Made by a program: the position numbers and the translations under genes. The notes under the pieces are model-generated. The model searched no databases and was not told the DNA's origin. It worked only from the letters and a program-made list of their open reading frames with translations. A stretch of 57,122 bases of DNA from Candidatus Woesearchaeota archaeon (GTDB taxonomy: Archaea; Nanobdellota; Nanobdellia; SCGC-AAA011-G17; JAFCDX01), in the NCBI GenBank assembly GCA_017609465.1, contig JAFCDX010000005.1:1-57122 (forward strand). The letters run 5' to 3'. Below are positions 1-9,320 of this stretch, piece by piece (within the stretch, counting starts at the first letter, position 1; each line of letters begins with the position of its first letter).

Positions 1-215
1 ATGTAAATCTTTTAATACTCAAAAGAAAGAGGTTATGTGTAAATTAGTTGCATATAATGTAGATAGATTATGTAAAATAATCTCTCAGATTATCTTAGGG
101 TTTCAGCACAGCCGGGTTTATTAAGAGCTATTAGTGCAAAAGCACAAAAGGGAGATCTTGTTGTTATGAATAAGAGAATAAAAAAACTTTCAGAATTAAT
201 TCAAAAGAGGTTGAA

Positions 216-701
216 ATGAAAATAAGAAAAGCAAGAAAAGAGGATTTTGAACAGTATTACAAGTTAGATAAGAAATTTGGAGAATTTGATAAAATATGTG
301 TTATAAAAAATTATAGAAAATATTTGGAATGGGATGATAAACTTGCCAAAAGAGAAAAGAAAAAAGATTTTGAAAAAATTATAAAAAAGAAAAACACTTT
401 GTTTTTAGTTGCCGAAGATAATAAAAATTTAATTGGATTTATTATAGGGGAAATTTATAATAGACCAAAATTTTATAAAATTAAAAAGAATGGTTTTATT
501 GGAGACATATTTGTTACAAAAAAACATAGGGGAAAAGGTATTGCCTTAAAATTAAAGAACAAATTATTTAAGTGGTTTAAAGATAATAAAATAAAATCAA
601 TAAGGTTGAATGTATTTTCTGAAAATAAATATGCTATTAAAATATATAAAAAATGGGGTTTTAAAATATTATCTTATGATATGTGGAAAGAGTTGAAATG
701 A
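216..701 (+). CDS. GNAT-family N-acetyltransferase
   Basis: 161-aa ORF with an acetyl-CoA binding core 'IGDIFVTKKHRGKGIALKL' and a C-terminal 'IKIYKKWGFK', typical of GNAT. Confidence 0.8.
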   Translation: MKIRKARKEDFEQYYKLDKKFGEFDKICVIKNYRKYLEWDDKLAKREKKKDFEKIIKKKNTLFLVAEDNKNLIGFIIGEIYNRPKFYKIKKNGFIGDIFVTKKHRGKGIALKLKNKLFKWFKDNKIKSIRLNVFSENKYAIKIYKKWGFKILSYDMWKELK

Positions 702-714
702 AAAAAATTAAAAA

Positions 715-1008
715 TTATTCTAATTCAGCAACAACCTCTTCTATACTTTTATCTAATAATTTAAACCCTTCTTTTTTAGCTATTTCTTCAATAGAAAAAT
801 CAGTGGAATTTATATAAACTCTATCCTTTCCTATTTTTTCTGCTATTTCAAAACATCTGCCTTTCAGACCATCACAAAAATAAACTAAAGCATCTTGGGG
901 GATATTTTCAGTACAAAAATAAATATTTTCAGGATTAAACCCATTATTATTTAATTCATAACGATTCATATCTTTAACTACATCTGGCACTCTTTTTTTA
1001 TCCAACAC
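715..1008 (-). CDS. hypothetical protein
   Basis: 97-aa ORF with no recognisable motif. Confidence 0.4.
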   Translation of the reverse strand: MLDKKRVPDVVKDMNRYELNNNGFNPENIYFCTENIPQDALVYFCDGLKGRCFEIAEKIGKDRVYINSTDFSIEEIAKKEGFKLLDKSIEEVVAELE

Positions 1009-1170
1009 GACATAAACATCATGCTGAGTTTTTGTTAATTTAGAATATAAACATACAGTTAAACAAACAAAAAGGACTTTATATAACTTTTGGAAATCTA
1101 CTTACCAACCGATAACTTTACAAAACCAAAAAAGGAAATATTTATTAATTTGTTTTGTGTTAAAAGTTAT

Positions 1171-1500
1171 ATGAATAAAGAAGTTAGTTTTAATAGATTT
1201 TTAGAGATGTTGGATAATTTAGTAGATGAAATGCTGGATTTTGTATCAAAAGAAAGATCAATAGGATTATATAAAAGAGGAAAACTTAGTGAAAAACTAT
1301 TATTAGAAATTATGGAAGATATTCGAGCACTTAGAGTTGATACAACTCCCTTTATTGGTCTAGGAAGAGATATTGAATTTGTTGATAGGGAAAGAAAAGG
1401 AAATCCTCTTTTTTTAACAAAAATAGATTTAAAACATCTTAGGATAAAAAAAATGAATGATAAAGAAGCATTAAAGATAGCCCAGAAAGGTAAACTTTAA
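1171..1500 (+). CDS. hypothetical protein
   Basis: The track ORF 1090..1500 begins at TTG. The first ATG (MNKEVSF...) is at 1171 and is preceded by an A/T-rich TATA-like stretch. Confidence 0.4.
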   Translation: MNKEVSFNRFLEMLDNLVDEMLDFVSKERSIGLYKRGKLSEKLLLEIMEDIRALRVDTTPFIGLGRDIEFVDRERKGNPLFLTKIDLKHLRIKKMNDKEALKIAQKGKL

Positions 1501-1512
1501 AGGATTAGATAT

Positions 1513-2220
1513 TTACCCCTCTAACAAACTCTTTACATATTCTTTAATTTCAACTCTATCTTTAAAAGGATCTAAATTCTTTTTATCATCATTTCCAAAA
1601 GCAAATCCTAATAGATAAGCAGCTACACTTTCAGCTAATTCTTCTTCAACACTACCCTTAACAGTATCCAAATCACATCCATAAAATTCATTACTCTTTT
1701 CTCTGTAAAAAGATGAATATGTAGATATAGGTTCATATTTTTCTGCTAATTCACCAAAGTTCAATATTTCATCTTCATTATAATTCATACTATGCAGATA
1801 TTCATGGGCAAAAGCCTGAGCTAATACAATATTCCTTAAATTTGGATCTAAATCCATTTCATATAAGTAAATATTTTCTCCAGAGCTTTTTCCTGGAACA
1901 ATAGCTGTTTTTGATATAGAATCTTCTATGTGGGGGGTGTCAGTCATATTAGAAGGACTTGTTGAATTCTTATGAAAATAGTGTTTTGATTTTCCAATTA
2001 TTCCATTAAAAATAGATTTATCTCTTACTTTTTCAGGCATTAAATTCAAAATTCCATTTATTATATTCCTATCTAATTGAACATGGTTCTCATTCTTTAT
2101 TTCATATGGAAATTGCTTATTAGATTTTGGTAATTTAGACAACAACTTATCTTTATGTTTCTCACAAAATATAATAGTTTCCTTCATATCCAATGCTGAC
2201 TGATAATCTTTCATTTTCAA
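1513..2220 (-). CDS. hypothetical protein with an HExxH zinc-metallopeptidase-like motif
   Basis: 235 aa. 'AQAFAHEYLHS' (HExxH) is followed about 50 residues later by 'EEELAESVAAY', a possible third ligand. Its start overlaps the upstream ORF by 4 nt. Confidence 0.45.
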   Translation of the reverse strand: MKMKDYQSALDMKETIIFCEKHKDKLLSKLPKSNKQFPYEIKNENHVQLDRNIINGILNLMPEKVRDKSIFNGIIGKSKHYFHKNSTSPSNMTDTPHIEDSISKTAIVPGKSSGENIYLYEMDLDPNLRNIVLAQAFAHEYLHSMNYNEDEILNFGELAEKYEPISTYSSFYREKSNEFYGCDLDTVKGSVEEELAESVAAYLLGFAFGNDDKKNLDPFKDRVEIKEYVKSLLEG

Positions 2221-2579
2221 TTATGCAAATCAACAAGAGTATGTGTTTTGAATTTTTGTCCAGGACCAACTATACTAAATTCTCCTTTTCCAGATCTTGC
2301 TTTTATTGCAAAATCATAAGGATTTTTTCCTTTTAATACAATATGCGGTGCTTTATTCTCATAAGCATGAATCATTTTATTGTATTGAGAATCTCCTTTC
2401 CAGTATTCAAAATCAACTATGAATTCTCCTGCTTGTTCAGCTAATTCTAATACTTCTGTTTCCAAAGCATCTATCTCTGATTTGAATATTCTTCTTTCAG
2501 GGTGTTTTAGAGCTCTAACTAAAGGATTATCGTATTCTATGTTTTCTATTGTTATCTTTTTATTAGTTATTGCTGTCAT
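2217..2579 (-). CDS. hypothetical protein, translationally coupled to the HExxH protein
   Basis: 120-aa ORF whose stop overlaps the start of 1513..2220. Confidence 0.5.
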   Translation of the reverse strand: MTAITNKKITIENIEYDNPLVRALKHPERRIFKSEIDALETEVLELAEQAGEFIVDFEYWKGDSQYNKMIHAYENKAPHIVLKGKNPYDFAIKARSGKGEFSIVGPGQKFKTHTLVDLHN

Positions 2580-2630
2580 TTTACGTCATCACTAAAACAC
2601 TGTAATTGCTTATTTTTAGGCTGATTTTAT

Positions 2631-2660
2631 TATTTATAAATTTTTCTATTTGTAACTACT
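2631..2660. promoter_or_regulatory. TATA box plus conserved 17-nt element, copy A of a repeated promoter-like motif
   Basis: 'tatttataaatttttctatttgtaactact' matches 9711..9740 at 27 of 30 positions. It lies in the divergent intergenic region between 2217..2579(-) and rpoE'(+). Confidence 0.4.
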
Positions 2661-2737
2661 TTTTAGTTACATTAGTATTATGACCGGAAAATTGGATAAA
2701 AACATTTATAAATAACATATCAGAAGGAATTAATAAA

Positions 2738-3322
2738 ATGTTTTATGAGCTTATTGTTAAAGGGCATATAAGGGTTGACCCTCGTATATTGAATGAAAAC
2801 ATAGAGGAGTCTGTAAAAAATAACATAATGGATATGTTTGAAAATTATATGATGCAAGATTTAATACCTGAAATAGGCATAGTTGTTGATATTCGTGAGA
2901 TTATGGAAATAGGGGAAGGAGTAATAATTCCAGGGGATGGAGCAGCATATTATGATACAAAATTCAAATTAATCACATTTAAGCCAGAATTGCATGAAAT
3001 TGTTTTAGGAAACGTTTCACAAATATCAGACTTTGGGGCTTTTATGACAATAGGTCCAATAGATGGGATGGTTCATATATCACAGGCAATGGACGATTTT
3101 GTTTCATTTTCAAAATCAGGAACACTACAAGGAAAACAATCAAAGAGAGCATTAAAAATAGATGATAAATGCAGGGCGAGAATAATCGCAGCATCCTACA
3201 AAGATCCTCTAAATCCAAGAATAGGTCTTACAATGAGACAGGCAACTCTAGGAAATTTAAACTGGATAGAGGAAGAAATTAAAAAATCTTCACAAAAACA
3301 AAAAAAGGAAACTAAAAAATGA
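2738..3322 (+). CDS. rpoE: DNA-directed RNA polymerase subunit E' (Rpo7)
   Basis: N-terminus 'MFYELIVKGHIRVDP' and an S1-like C-terminal domain. It is the first gene of the conserved archaeal rpoE'-spt4-S24e-S27ae cluster. Confidence 0.9.
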   Translation: MFYELIVKGHIRVDPRILNENIEESVKNNIMDMFENYMMQDLIPEIGIVVDIREIMEIGEGVIIPGDGAAYYDTKFKLITFKPELHEIVLGNVSQISDFGAFMTIGPIDGMVHISQAMDDFVSFSKSGTLQGKQSKRALKIDDKCRARIIAASYKDPLNPRIGLTMRQATLGNLNWIEEEIKKSSQKQKKETKK

Positions 3323-3501
3323 GAAAAGTATGCAAAACATGCAAAGTATTTGTAAAAGGCCCAGAATGCCATATATGTCATCAAAAGAATTTTGTTACAT
3401 CCTGGAAAGGAAGAATTGCCATAATAGACAAAGACAAGTCAGAAATAGCACAAAAATTAGAAATAAAAAATAACGGCGAATATGCTATAAAAGTATCATG
3501 A
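3319..3501 (+). CDS. spt4: transcription elongation factor Spt4 / RNAP subunit E''
   Basis: 60 aa with a zinc ribbon 'CKTCKVFVKGPECHIC'. It overlaps rpoE' by 4 nt and sits in the conserved position. Confidence 0.8.
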   Translation: MRKVCKTCKVFVKGPECHICHQKNFVTSWKGRIAIIDKDKSEIAQKLEIKNNGEYAIKVS

Positions 3502-3905
3502 AAATCTTATATGAAAAAGAAAATCCTTTATTGAATAGAAAAAGAGTAGCTTTGGAAATAGATCATCCCAATTCTTCAACGCCTTCAAGAACAAAATTAA
3601 AAAGCGATATTGCCAAACATCTCAAAACAGATGAAAAATTAATTTTAATAAGACATGTTTACAGCAAATTCGGAGAAAACAAGTCAAAGGTAATAGTTCA
3701 TGTTTACAATGATGAAAAAGAATTAAATAGATTGGAAAAAATAAAGAGAGAAAAAGCTCCAAAAGAAGAACCTAAATCAGAAGAAAAACCTACAGAACAA
3801 AAATCAAAGGAAAATCTTTCTGAAACAAAGCAGGAATCTAAAGGAGAAGATAAAGGAGAAGAAAATGGGGAAAAAACCGAAACCAAAGAACAAAGTTCCC
3901 AGTAA
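3498..3905 (+). CDS. rps24e: 30S ribosomal protein S24e with a K/E-rich C-terminal extension
   Basis: '[23 protein letters not shown]...[24 protein letters not shown]' matches S24e. The last ~50 aa are a low-complexity K/E/S tail. Confidence 0.9.
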   Translation: MKILYEKENPLLNRKRVALEIDHPNSSTPSRTKLKSDIAKHLKTDEKLILIRHVYSKFGENKSKVIVHVYNDEKELNRLEKIKREKAPKEEPKSEEKPTEQKSKENLSETKQESKGEDKGEENGEKTETKEQSSQ

Positions 3906-4047
3906 GAGATGGGAAAAATACAAGATTGAAGATAATAGATTAATTAGGGAAAGAATGTGTCCTAAATGCAATGTTTTTTTGGCAAACCATAAAGATAGAT
4001 TAGTATGTGGAAAATGTGGTTATACAGAATTTAAGAAAAAAGAATAA
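3865..4047 (+). CDS. rps27ae: 30S ribosomal protein S27ae
   Basis: Zinc ribbon '[25 protein letters not shown]'. It follows S24e and overlaps its tail in another frame. Confidence 0.85.
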   Translation: MGKKPKPKNKVPSKRWEKYKIEDNRLIRERMCPKCNVFLANHKDRLVCGKCGYTEFKKKE

Positions 4048-4223
4048 TTCTTTAATGATTATAAAACCCAAGCAGACTTCCGAAGAAGCCAGCTCGGGAA
4101 AAAGAGGTGATAATAAATATAGTATCTAACTTATATATAAATGTTTCGGTTGTTTACTCTCTAGAGTAGTAACTAATTTTTATAATATAGTAATTACTAA
4201 AATTTAAAGTTATAAGTCTTAAA

Positions 4224-4940
4224 ATGCAGGAAAAATTATATGATATGTTGATGGACAAGGATGAAATTACATGGCAATCCATTATATATGAACTTGTTAG
4301 AACAGGGCAGATGGACCCATGGGACATAGATATTTCTTTATTAACAAGAAGATATATGGAAACTTTAAAGGACTTAAAAGAGGCAAATTTCCTCATTTCA
4401 GGAAAGGTGGTTTTAGCAGCAGCTATAATGCTTAAGATAAAATCAGATAGATTATTGAATGAAAAAATAGCTTCCTTTGACCAGCAATTATTCTCAGAAG
4501 GAGAAACCGAGGAATTTGAAGGTTTTGAAGATGATTTAAACAAGGAAAGACTTATTGAAAATCCAAAATTAGTTGCAAAAACCCCATTAACAAGAAAAAA
4601 AAGAGTTACTTTAAATGATTTGGTGGGTGCTTTGCAAAAAGCCCTTGAAGTAGATCAAAGAAGGACATTGAGAAAATTAAGAGAAAAGGAGCATATTGAA
4701 AAAGTAAAAATTCCTGAGAAAAAAGTTGACATAACCACTTTAATAAAATCTGTTTATGAAAGAATAATTGACTTCTTCAAGAAAAAAGAGATAGTTACTT
4801 TCAATGAATTGATTCCGAGTGAGAGAAAAGAGGATAAGATAATGACTTTTATTCCTTTACTGCATTTGGTTAATCAGGGAAAAGTGGATATAGAGCAGGA
4901 AAATCATTTTGGTGACATTTTTATTAAGAAAATGAATTAA
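4224..4940 (+). CDS. scpA: segregation and condensation protein A-like (ScpA kleisin)
   Basis: N-terminus 'QMDPWDIDISLLTRRYMETLKDLKEANFLISGKVVLAAAIMLKIKSDRLL' resembles the ScpA N-terminal domain. Confidence 0.7.
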   Translation: MQEKLYDMLMDKDEITWQSIIYELVRTGQMDPWDIDISLLTRRYMETLKDLKEANFLISGKVVLAAAIMLKIKSDRLLNEKIASFDQQLFSEGETEEFEGFEDDLNKERLIENPKLVAKTPLTRKKRVTLNDLVGALQKALEVDQRRTLRKLREKEHIEKVKIPEKKVDITTLIKSVYERIIDFFKKKEIVTFNELIPSERKEDKIMTFIPLLHLVNQGKVDIEQENHFGDIFIKKMN

Positions 4941-4942
4941 TT

Positions 4943-6067
4943 TTATAATTTACTAACTAAAACTTTTTTCTCTTTTCCGGTGTTCATGTCACGAATTAAA
5001 ACTTTTTTATCCTTCATTTCCTTTTCACCAACGATAACAACATTATCAATCTTTTTTTTGTTTGCATAATCAAGAGCCTTTGTTATCTTTCCATACATTA
5101 TAATTGCAGGACCTTCTTTTCTTAACTTATTCACTATTTTTATTGCTTCTTCATCTTTATTTATTGAAACTACAAGATATTTTATTTTAGGAAGTTCTAT
5201 TTTTGCAAGTTTAGACAATCTTTCAATTCCAAAGCTTGTTCCAACAGATTGAATATTGTTTATCTTAAAAGCACCCCCTGCACATATTGTTTCTTTAAAT
5301 TTTTTTGTCTTTACTTCAAAGATTGTTCCATTATAATATGAAAGGCCTCTTGCTAAACCAGGAAGAAATTTAACATCTACATTATACAATTTGCAGTATT
5401 TTTCTAATTCCTTAATCTCTTTATAATTTTCAAATCTTTCAAAGTAATTTTCTGGTTTCTTGAAAATTTCCAGAACTTTTTCTGCCTTGTATTTTTTTAA
5501 ATTGTTTTTTACTTTTTTTTCAGGTAATTTATCCAATTTGTCAATTTCTCTTATGATATCATTTTTATTTTTGTAATCTTTCAGTATTTCATTTAATAAT
5601 TTCCTATTATTTACATAAATTGTATAATCTATATTTAATTCATTCAAGATATCAGAAGTTAATCTCAATATTTCTGCATCATCTTTTAATGAACTTCCTA
5701 CAATGTCTGCATCACATTGAACAAATTGCCTTGTCCTATTTTCTTTTACTGGCTCATCTCTGAATACAGGGCCCACTTGATATCTCTTGTAGGGCAGTTT
5801 CTTGTTTTTTGCTATTCTTTTCAACTGAAATGTTAATTCATACCTTAATGCAAGTTTTCTTTTTCCTTTGTCTTGTAATTTGTAAATGTCAGAGATAACT
5901 TCATCATTAGTATTATCGTTTTTTACGAACTTTTCATATTCAATTACAGGGGTTTCTGAAGGCTCAAAGCCATATGAAATAAAGTACTTTCTAATTAATT
6001 CTTTAATACTTTCTCTATTCACAGCTTCTTCTCCTGTGTAATCCTTGAATCCTTTTACTGCTTCCAT
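4943..6067 (-). CDS. hisS: histidine--tRNA ligase family protein (short, with an atypical motif 3)
   Basis: Class II motifs 'GFKDY', 'LRYELTFQLKR', 'FRDEPVKENRTRQFVQCDADIVG' and 'ARGLSYYNGTIFEV', plus a C-terminal anticodon-binding domain. 'AGGAFK' stands where HisRS normally has GGRYD. Confidence 0.75.
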   Translation of the reverse strand: MEAVKGFKDYTGEEAVNRESIKELIRKYFISYGFEPSETPVIEYEKFVKNDNTNDEVISDIYKLQDKGKRKLALRYELTFQLKRIAKNKKLPYKRYQVGPVFRDEPVKENRTRQFVQCDADIVGSSLKDDAEILRLTSDILNELNIDYTIYVNNRKLLNEILKDYKNKNDIIREIDKLDKLPEKKVKNNLKKYKAEKVLEIFKKPENYFERFENYKEIKELEKYCKLYNVDVKFLPGLARGLSYYNGTIFEVKTKKFKETICAGGAFKINNIQSVGTSFGIERLSKLAKIELPKIKYLVVSINKDEEAIKIVNKLRKEGPAIIMYGKITKALDYANKKKIDNVVIVGEKEMKDKKVLIRDMNTGKEKKVLVSKL

Positions 6068-6108
6068 ATATTAAAAATATATTTAGAAGTTTATAAAATT
6101 ATTGTGAG

Positions 6109-6200
6109 AGTGGTAGGTGGGATTTGAACCCACGATCTCAAGCTTTCTGCTTATGAGAAGCCACAGGCTTGCGTGATAACCAGGCTTCACTACTACCACC
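6109..6200 (-). tRNA. tRNA-His (GUG) with a 16-nt anticodon-loop intron and an encoded G-1
   Basis: Minus strand reads G-1, GTGGTAG, TA, GTGA-AGCCTGGTTA-TCAC, G, CAAGC, CTGTGG[CTTCTCATAAGCAGAA]A, GCTTG, AGATC, GTGGG-TTCAAAT-CCCAC, CTACCAC, T. No CCA is encoded. Confidence 0.85.
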
Positions 6201-6236
6201 ATAGAAATACTCTTTTATTTTGATTTATAAATTTAA

Positions 6237-7013
6237 TTATTTCTTAACACCAAGAAATCTAAGGAAATTAAAGAACCTGCTTTTTTTCTCTTCAAGCTCC
6301 TCATCAAACTTAACACCAAGAATTCTTGCAGCAAGTTTCTTATATTCTATAGAATGTTTTGATTTTGGAAAATTCTCAATAACAGAATTCCCATTCAACA
6401 ACGAATTTTTTATAATATTATCTTCTTCAACTATTGCTATTACTTCCTTTCCAAGGGTTTTTTCTATTTCTTCAAGGCTTAGTTCATTTTTATCATTATT
6501 AACTCTTGATAGTACAACCCCTCTTATTGGCTTCTTTAAATTTTCAGCAAATTTTATAACTCTCAATGCACCTGTCACTGAAGCAATATCCGGATTTGTA
6601 ACAACAAGAACCTCATTACAATTCCTTATCCCATGAATTGTGTCAGAACTCAACCCTCCGGAATTGTCTACAATAACAATATCTGCATTGTCCTTCAAAT
6701 CAAGAAAAGTTTCCCTTAAATTCTCAGGATTAACATTCAGATCCTTTAATGCTATGCTTGAAGGTATTACTTTAAGACCTGAATTATGAATATACATTGC
6801 CTCTGTTGCGTGATTTTTTCCCCTTAAGGAATCATTCAGAGTAACAGAAACATCCTCCAATCCAAGATAAACTCCCAAATTGGGTGTTGTTAAATTATTA
6901 TCAAGAAGAGTTACATCCTTGTCAAAGGTTTTCATCGCATAACCTAAATTAATTGCTGTTGTGGATTTTCCCGTTCCTCCTTTCCCAGAGCATATTGAAA
7001 TGAAATAAGCCAT
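6237..7013 (-). CDS. minD: MinD/ParA-family P-loop ATPase
   Basis: Deviant Walker A 'CSGKGGTGKSTTAINLG'; 258 aa. Confidence 0.85.
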   Translation of the reverse strand: MAYFISICSGKGGTGKSTTAINLGYAMKTFDKDVTLLDNNLTTPNLGVYLGLEDVSVTLNDSLRGKNHATEAMYIHNSGLKVIPSSIALKDLNVNPENLRETFLDLKDNADIVIVDNSGGLSSDTIHGIRNCNEVLVVTNPDIASVTGALRVIKFAENLKKPIRGVVLSRVNNDKNELSLEEIEKTLGKEVIAIVEEDNIIKNSLLNGNSVIENFPKSKHSIEYKKLAARILGVKFDEELEEKKSRFFNFLRFLGVKK

Positions 7014-7035
7014 AATAATGTAAAAAATCCTTTAT

Positions 7036-7488
7036 TTATATCTTTTTGTTTTTTCTAATATATTTTTCAACGAATATGATAAATTCCTTTGTAATGTCAA
7101 AATACTCCAAAAGTTTGTTATAAGTTACTTCTATGGGTTTTTTCCCTTTTGTTGTCAATGTTATGTATTTCCTGTATTCTTCCCTCATATCATACTTGCT
7201 TTTTATTATAACCTTGAAAGTTTTGTAATATTTTGAAAACTTTTTGAATTGAGGGATTTGTTTGGATAAAAGATCAACTTTTTCAACAGGGGAAGAAGGA
7301 ATTTCCTTTATTTTCTTTTTTTCCTTAAGACATCTTAACAGAGAAATAATTCCTGCATCAAAAGCCGTTATTAATCTTTTTAGAATATTAATTATTACAT
7401 CTCCGGTCCTTGTATATTTCAAGGTTATGAAAATCAAGTGGTCAGCTCTTTTTAATTCTTCTTTTGCATCTTCAAGGGATTGTATCAT
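7036..7488 (-). CDS. hypothetical protein, paralog of 7502..7969
   Basis: Start moved to 'MIQSLEDAKEELKRADHLIFITLKY'. It shares the 'ADHL-x-[FY]IT' N-terminal signature and its size with the upstream ORF. Confidence 0.5.
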   Translation of the reverse strand: MIQSLEDAKEELKRADHLIFITLKYTRTGDVIINILKRLITAFDAGIISLLRCLKEKKKIKEIPSSPVEKVDLLSKQIPQFKKFSKYYKTFKVIIKSKYDMREEYRKYITLTTKGKKPIEVTYNKLLEYFDITKEFIIFVEKYIRKNKKI

Positions 7489-7501
7489 TTTAAAATATAA
7501 A

Positions 7502-7969
7502 TTAAAGTTTATATATAACACCAAGCTTATTAATAAACTTTTTTGTTTTTACAAGAAAATTCTTTAGTTCTTCAACATCAAGACTTTTTGTTCTGAAGTC
7601 GGAAGAGTATATATAAAGTCTGTTTTCTTTCATTAAGGTTGTATAATTTCCTTTATTGCATGTTATTATATCTCTTAAGTTTTTTATTAAGTCAATGTAT
7701 TCCTTTTCAATCCCATATCTTTCCTTTAAATTACTTTTAAAAATTTCAAATCTTGAATCAAATCCAGAAGGTTGGGGGCCAATTCTCTTGTATAATATGT
7801 CATACTCTATCAAAGAATCCATGGCATTAACAACAGATAGATAAATGTTTTCTGTGATTGATATTATTACTTTGACATCCTTTATCAATGGATAAGTTAT
7901 GTAAGTAAGATGATCTGCTGTATTAAATGTCTTTTTTGATTTTAAAAAAAGTTCATGATATTTTTCCAT
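7502..7969 (-). CDS. hypothetical protein, paralog of 7036..7488
   Basis: 155 aa; contains 'KKTFNTADHLTYITYPL'. Confidence 0.5.
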   Translation of the reverse strand: MEKYHELFLKSKKTFNTADHLTYITYPLIKDVKVIISITENIYLSVVNAMDSLIEYDILYKRIGPQPSGFDSRFEIFKSNLKERYGIEKEYIDLIKNLRDIITCNKGNYTTLMKENRLYIYSSDFRTKSLDVEELKNFLVKTKKFINKLGVIYKL

Positions 7970-8043
7970 GTATTTTGAAAGTATGCAAAATTATTAAAGT
8001 TTTTGAAAGTTAAATATATAAATAAAGAGGTTAATTTCTTTGT

Positions 8044-8994
8044 ATGAGACACAGACCTGTAAGTTTGACCTTCTTGATTGAAAGTCTAGCAAAGAATCTT
8101 CAGTATGTATTTCTTGTAGTCCAGAGTCTTAGCTTGTTGGGGGTAATAAATTTTGACCTTAACCCAAATAATTTTCCAATATTATCCATAACATCAGAGA
8201 TAAATATTTTTTCTCAATACACTTATAATCCGGTTTTTATTTATGGACATTATTTATATATATTCTTGTTAATAGCAAAAGGATTTGCATTAAGCTTCAT
8301 AGATGCCCTGAGAAACAACCCTATAGCATCTATTATAATTGCACTATTAATAGTTAACATATGGTTATTATACAAGAGAAAGACAAGAACCAGTGATTCT
8401 GTATTGAAAAAAATAACAAAATCAATATGGAGGGAATCAAACATATTTGAAAGATCATTATGGATGATATTTTTCATAGATTTAATGGTCTTTATAACTT
8501 CCCCTAAGAAATTGGATATATTATTCCTGCTAATTTTATACCTATTATTTGCAAGCATAAGGTTTGTTCCTTTTATATCCGGAATCTTTATAGAACTCAC
8601 CGAAAAAATTGAAAAATCTGTATTTCATAACAAAAAAGTTTTGTATTTTGTAACTTTTATAGATATATTTCTGATATATTTTGATTCATCATCAATATTC
8701 ACATTATTCTTAATAACAATGGTTTACAATTCTGTTGCATATCTAGTAATGAAATTCCTGAAAGAGTTCAAGAAATTATGGGATTATGCCTTTTATGTTT
8801 TTAATTTTGGAATGTTAATATTTTTCTTTTCAATACTCTTAATATATTGGATATCCTTTTTTATTTCATTAATACTTCAAAGTCCATTGGTATTATACAA
8901 CTATTACAAGAGAAGAAAATTCATTCCAGAGAATTGGATGGAGATAGCTAACGCAATTTATTTAATAATATTTTTATTAATATTTTTTATTTAG
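8044..8994 (+). CDS. polytopic membrane protein, hypothetical
   Basis: 316 aa with many hydrophobic segments. Confidence 0.5.
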   Translation: MRHRPVSLTFLIESLAKNLQYVFLVVQSLSLLGVINFDLNPNNFPILSITSEINIFSQYTYNPVFIYGHYLYIFLLIAKGFALSFIDALRNNPIASIIIALLIVNIWLLYKRKTRTSDSVLKKITKSIWRESNIFERSLWMIFFIDLMVFITSPKKLDILFLLILYLLFASIRFVPFISGIFIELTEKIEKSVFHNKKVLYFVTFIDIFLIYFDSSSIFTLFLITMVYNSVAYLVMKFLKEFKKLWDYAFYVFNFGMLIFFFSILLIYWISFFISLILQSPLVLYNYYKRRKFIPENWMEIANAIYLIIFLLIFFI

Positions 8995-9319
8995 AAAGTT
9001 CCATTATGGATTCTGCTATATCTCCATTTTTTTCTTTAAGGGTTTCAATAACTTTTTCCTTTTCTGCATTTGTTTTTTCCATAACCAATTCTATATCTTC
9101 ATCTGAAGGAACATATTCTCTTGCTTCTTCAGTTACATCTCCCGATACTTGAAAGGAAATTTTTCCCTGCATGTCCACTTTTGAAACTTCAGGGTTGTTT
9201 ATTATTATGTTTTTATCAGAAGTTTCTATGATAACTCTTTCAGCTTCTACATCTTCCTGCTTTATCCCGAGCCGCTTCATTGCAGCTTTCACCATTTTTG
9301 GATCCATTTGAGGCATCAT
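8987..9319 (-). CDS. nac: nascent polypeptide-associated complex protein (NAC)
   Basis: NAC domain 'MVKAAMKRLGIKQEDVEAERVIIETSDKNIIINNPEVSKVDMQGKISFQVSG' and a C-terminal UBA-like 'DIELVMEKTNAEKEKVIETLKEKNGDIAESIMEL'. Start set at 'MMPQMDPK'. Confidence 0.85.
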   Translation of the reverse strand: MMPQMDPKMVKAAMKRLGIKQEDVEAERVIIETSDKNIIINNPEVSKVDMQGKISFQVSGDVTEEAREYVPSDEDIELVMEKTNAEKEKVIETLKEKNGDIAESIMELSK

Positions 9320-9320
9320 T

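Noticed and set aside
1-218. A plus-strand reading frame, 'SDYLRVSAQPGLLRAISAKAQKGDLVVMNKRIKKLSELIQKRLK', ends in an ATGA overlap with the GNAT start. The 13-mer 'atgtaaatctttt' also occurs both at 1-13 and at 10247-10259.
   Set aside because: The frame has no usable start codon and is closed by several stops upstream, so it is at most a gene remnant. A single 13-nt match is expected by chance in 57 kb of AT-rich sequence.
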